NCBI GenBank assembly: GCA_963766735.1
Contig: CAVYBU010000012.1
Location: 1 to 10,259 of the forward strand
DNA: 10,259 nt
Reading direction: 5' to 3'
Source: an uncultured Chloroflexia bacterium
GTDB lineage: Bacteria; Chloroflexota; Limnocylindria; Limnocylindrales; CSP1-4
Within the stretch, counting starts at the first letter, position 1. Each line of letters begins with the position of its first letter. The notes under the pieces are model-generated. The model worked only from the letters and a program-made list of their open reading frames with translations. It was not told where the DNA came from and did no database searches. Below are positions 7,252 to 10,259 of this stretch, in pieces. Both the position numbers and the translations under genes were made by a program.

Positions 7252-7661
7252 TGTCTGACCACCACCCGAATCGCCCCATGCCTCCCACCAGCACAGACGC
7301 GGGCCTGCGATCAACCCCGCCGGCCCGCGGCGCCGCCCCCATCGGCGGTGCCGGGGCACCGCGTCCGCATCGCGCCAGGCCGGATCCCCGGCCCATGCGG
7401 TTCGCCATCGGCATGGCGGGCCTCGCGTCGGTGACTGCCCTCCTGACGGCGATGCTGCCGTCCGTCACGCCGTCCCAGGTCGTGGTTGTCGACGCCGCGG
7501 ACAGCACCACTGCCCTCGCCCCGAAGCCGTCCGTGGTCCACGTCACCAGGACGGTGGTTCTCCAGCCCGGCCAGACAGCCCCGCCGAACTCCTCGGTCGT
7601 GGTCCAGCCGAACCCGACCCCGCGGATCGTGGTCAAGACCGTCACCAAGCAGTCCGGCTAG
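7251..7661 (+). CDS. Small single-pass membrane hypothetical protein (136 aa)
   Basis: ATG at 7251 overlaps the upstream TGA (TGATG); this is the real part of ORF 6081..7661. Basic Pro-rich N-terminus, hydrophobic FAIGMAGLASVTALLTAML, Pro/Val/Thr-rich C-terminus ending IVVKTVTKQSG, stop 2 nt before apbE. Confidence 0.78.
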   Translation: MSDHHPNRPMPPTSTDAGLRSTPPARGAAPIGGAGAPRPHRARPDPRPMRFAIGMAGLASVTALLTAMLPSVTPSQVVVVDAADSTTALAPKPSVVHVTRTVVLQPGQTAPPNSSVVVQPNPTPRIVVKTVTKQSG

Positions 7662-7663
7662 CC

Positions 7664-8587
7664 ATGACTTCCACGACGACACCCGTGAGCATCGATGCCC
7701 GCCGCCCCATGATGGGCGGGACGGTCGCCGTGCAGATCCTCGACGACACGGACGCGGTCCGCCTCGAGCGGGAGGCAGTGCGCGTCCTGGACCGCATCGA
7801 GGCCTGGGCCGCGCGCCTGACCCGGTTCTCGCCTGATTCCGAGCTGATGCGCCTCAACGCGGCGACGACGCTGCTGGTGCCCATCGGGCCCACGCTGACC
7901 GCCGCCCTCGACTGGGCGCGGATGGCCGAGGGGATGACCGACGGCCTGGTCGACGCGTCGCTGCTTGACGAGCGCCTGGCTGCCGAGGCCGGCCTCGATC
8001 CGGCGGCCCCCATCAAGGCCGGTCGCCGCTGGTCGCTCCGCCGCACCGCCCGCGGCGCCGCCGTCGAGCGGGAGCCCGGCGTCCGGTTCGATCTCGGCGG
8101 CGTCGCCAAGGGCTGGCTCGCGGATCGCGCGCTCGCGATCACACCCGGCCGATCGGCTCTGGTCGACGGCGATGGAGACGTGGCGATCCGCGTTGCGCCC
8201 GGCGACACGTGGGCCATCGGTATTGGCGATCCCCGCGAGCCCGGCACGCTGCTTGGCGCCGTCAACCTCGGTGCCGACGGCGATGCGACGCGTGAGTGGG
8301 GGATCGCGACCTCGGGCACGAGCGTCCACCGCTGGACTCACAGCGGCAGCGATGCCCACCATCTCATCGACCCGCGAACGAGGCGCCCCGCCGCGACGGA
8401 CGTGATCCAGGCGACGGTGCTGGCCCACTCGGCGCGCGTGGCGGAGATCTTCGCCAAGACCGCCGTGATCGCCGGCACGGACCGCGCGTTCGGCGTCCTT
8501 GACCACCCCGGAGTCCTCGGGGTCCTCCTCCTCACCGGGCGCGGCGAGCTCCGCGCGACCCCAGGGATGGTGCGATGGCTGCAGTGA
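7664..8587 (+). CDS. apbE: FAD:protein FMN transferase (ApbE family)
   Basis: MMGGT, LTRFSPDSELMRLN, FDLGGVAKGWLAD, VDGDGDV, WAIGIGDP, IATSG, HHLIDPRT and QATV are ApbE hallmark motifs in the expected order. Confidence 0.95.
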   Translation: MTSTTTPVSIDARRPMMGGTVAVQILDDTDAVRLEREAVRVLDRIEAWAARLTRFSPDSELMRLNAATTLLVPIGPTLTAALDWARMAEGMTDGLVDASLLDERLAAEAGLDPAAPIKAGRRWSLRRTARGAAVEREPGVRFDLGGVAKGWLADRALAITPGRSALVDGDGDVAIRVAPGDTWAIGIGDPREPGTLLGAVNLGADGDATREWGIATSGTSVHRWTHSGSDAHHLIDPRTRRPAATDVIQATVLAHSARVAEIFAKTAVIAGTDRAFGVLDHPGVLGVLLLTGRGELRATPGMVRWLQ

Positions 8588-9406
8588 AGTTCCGCGGGCT
8601 CGACGCCCGCACCGGGCCGGCTCGCTGGGGCCTCGCGGCTGTGGCGATCGGGATCGTCGTGGGCGTGACCGCACCCGCGGCGGCCCGGGGTCTCGGGTTG
8701 GTCCTGGAGGCGAACCCCCAGGGCCTGGTCTGGCTGTTCGAGCGGCTGTTCGCCTGGCTCGCCTACATGGCCATGGCAGGCTCCGTGATCTACGGGCTGC
8801 TGCTGTCGACCAAGATCCTTGACGTCATCGCGCACCGCCCGATCAGCTTCTCGTCTGCACCAGGACCTGGCTGCGTTCGGGCTGGGCCTGGCCGGTATCC
8901 ACGGGATGCTGCTGGGGCTGGACCACACCGTCCCGTTCACCTTCGCCCAGATCCTCGTTCCCGGACTGGCCCCGCACGCGCCGGTGGCGGTGGCCTTTGG
9001 CCAGGTGGCCCTGTACCTGATGGCGGCGGTGACCACCAGCTTCTACCTGCGCAAGCGCATCGGGCAGCGGGCATGGCGGACGTTCCACTACGTGACGTTC
9101 CTAGCGTTTGCCGGCGCCACCATTCACGGCATCGCGGCAGGCTCGGACAGCAACGCGCCCTGGGCCGAGGCGATCTACCTTACCTCCGCCGTGCTCGTGC
9201 TGTTCCTGCTCACCTACAGGATCGGGATGTCCGTCGTGGCCCGCGGCGAAAGCAGCGCCCGCGTGGCGAGCGCGCTTGCGGAGGCACGAGCCGGTGTGCC
9301 GGCTCGACACGGGACCGGTTCGCAGGATGCCGGCGGCCCGCCTGCGCAACCCCGCCCGATCTCGGTCCGCGACGGCGTACGCCTGCGCCGGAACCCCGTG
9401 GCCTGA
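8584..9406 (+). CDS. Ferric-reductase-like transmembrane (MsrQ-like) heme protein, one extra base near 8854
   Basis: GTG at 8584 overlaps the apbE TGA. ...IAHRPISFS joins LHQDLAAFGLGLAGIHGMLL...WRTFHYVTFLAFAGATIHGIAAGSDS after removing one base; the span is 823 nt = 274 codons + 1. Four His in two pairs as in this family. No FAD/NAD-binding domain. Confidence 0.87.
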
Positions 9407-9462
9407 GTGCGAGTGCCGGCCAGCCGAGTCAGAGCCCGGACAGGTCGCGCGATGAACGCCGC

Positions 9463-10140
9463 CTACCCTTGCTCAGGTCCAAGGATCGCCGTGAGGACCG
9501 ACGCGAAGTCGCCGTCGGTCGTCACCGATAGCTGGTACCACTTCTCGTGCGCCGAGTCCCACCAGAATGCCTCGGACGCGAGGCCGACATCGGCAGACGG
9601 ATCGGCCGGAACCCGGACGAACACCTCGAGACCATGGCGTTGCTGTGTGGTGCGGATCCAGTACGGGTTCGGCGAGTGGTCGAGGACCTCGTCCGACGGA
9701 AGGACGTCGTCGATCTGCGCGCCGAATTGCTGCTCGATGGGATCGAGGCCCGGGATCGCCTGACCCTCGGTCAGGGTGACCGCGAGCGACCCGATCCAGT
9801 CCCCGTCGATCAAGATCGTGCCTTCGAGCGACCCGCCCTCGGCGACCTGGTAGTCATCGCCTCGGTCAGCCTCGATCACCTCTCCGTCCTTGTTGGTCAC
9901 GGTTGAGGTTGACGTTCCGCTGTAGAGCAGCCAGTAGGGATCGTCGATCGCTGGGGCACCGACGTGCGCGGGCCGGTTCGGCACGGCGCTCGGGGCGGGG
10001 GTCGGTGCCATAGTCGCCGGGGAGGCCGACTGATCGACTGGCGAGGGGGACGCTGCGGGCGTCACCGGCGGCGTCACGGGCGTCGTGGTGCATGCCGCAA
10101 GCACGAGGAGGGGCGGGAGCAGGGCGAGACGCCAGCGCAC
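9463..10140 (-). CDS. Putative lipoprotein of unknown function
   Basis: GGAGG RBS 5 nt before the GTG. MRWR + hydrophobic stretch + lipobox LAA-C, a Pro/Thr/Ala linker, then an acidic globular-looking domain. Confidence 0.8.
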   Translation of the reverse strand: MRWRLALLPPLLVLAACTTTPVTPPVTPAASPSPVDQSASPATMAPTPAPSAVPNRPAHVGAPAIDDPYWLLYSGTSTSTVTNKDGEVIEADRGDDYQVAEGGSLEGTILIDGDWIGSLAVTLTEGQAIPGLDPIEQQFGAQIDDVLPSDEVLDHSPNPYWIRTTQQRHGLEVFVRVPADPSADVGLASEAFWWDSAHEKWYQLSVTTDGDFASVLTAILGPEQG

Positions 10141-10191
10141 GAAGACCTCCGGTACTTGGTAGTGCTGAGCGTGGATCCGCGGCCGAGTCTG

Positions 10192-10259
10192 TCAGGAGGC
10201 GCTCGACCCCGGCGAGGCGGGGAGTGCTCCATCATGCGCCGCCGGCCCGACGGGTGTCT
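10192..10259 (-). CDS. Possible C-terminal tail of a gene entering from the right edge
   Basis: An open frame reads TPVGPAAHDGALPASPGSSAS-TGA (stop at 10192-10194). Too short to verify. Confidence 0.25.
   Translation of the reverse strand, partial: TPVGPAAHDGALPASPGSSAS

Noticed and set aside
8300-9125. ATSGTS in ApbE and FAGAT in the MsrQ-like protein as flavinylation sites
   Set aside because: ATSG is the conserved ApbE core motif, and AGAT lies inside a TM helix next to a heme His and lacks the leading Ser/Thr.
8855-9531. C-terminal part of ORF 8575..9531
   Set aside because: Out-of-frame read-through; the heme-ligand His residues lie in the 8819..9406 frame.

Overview
High-GC bacterial window, gene-dense, with no RNA genes, CRISPR or mobile elements visible. 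It contains: (i) the 3' end of a META/HslJ-domain gene converging on a YtxH-like membrane protein gene across a GNRA-loop hairpin; (ii) a translationally coupled operon behind a near-consensus sigma70 promoter, encoding a DUF2089 zinc-ribbon/HTH regulator, a DUF4097 (toastrack/LiaX-YvlB-like) protein, a small SHOCT-like protein and an MFS transporter, where the first three proteins share the same SHOCT-like helix pair; (iii) an OmpR-family two-component system divergent from a four-gene operon encoding two small, mutually similar membrane-anchored proteins, an ApbE flavin transferase with no signal peptide and an MsrQ/ferric-reductase-like heme membrane protein; (iv) a convergent lipoprotein gene. 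The ApbE operon has no canonical FMN-binding substrate, so the two small proteins are candidate non-canonical flavinylation targets; this is the most interesting lead. Five genes carry apparent single-base frameshifts, most simply explained as consensus errors. All family calls come from motif recognition by eye, not from database searches.
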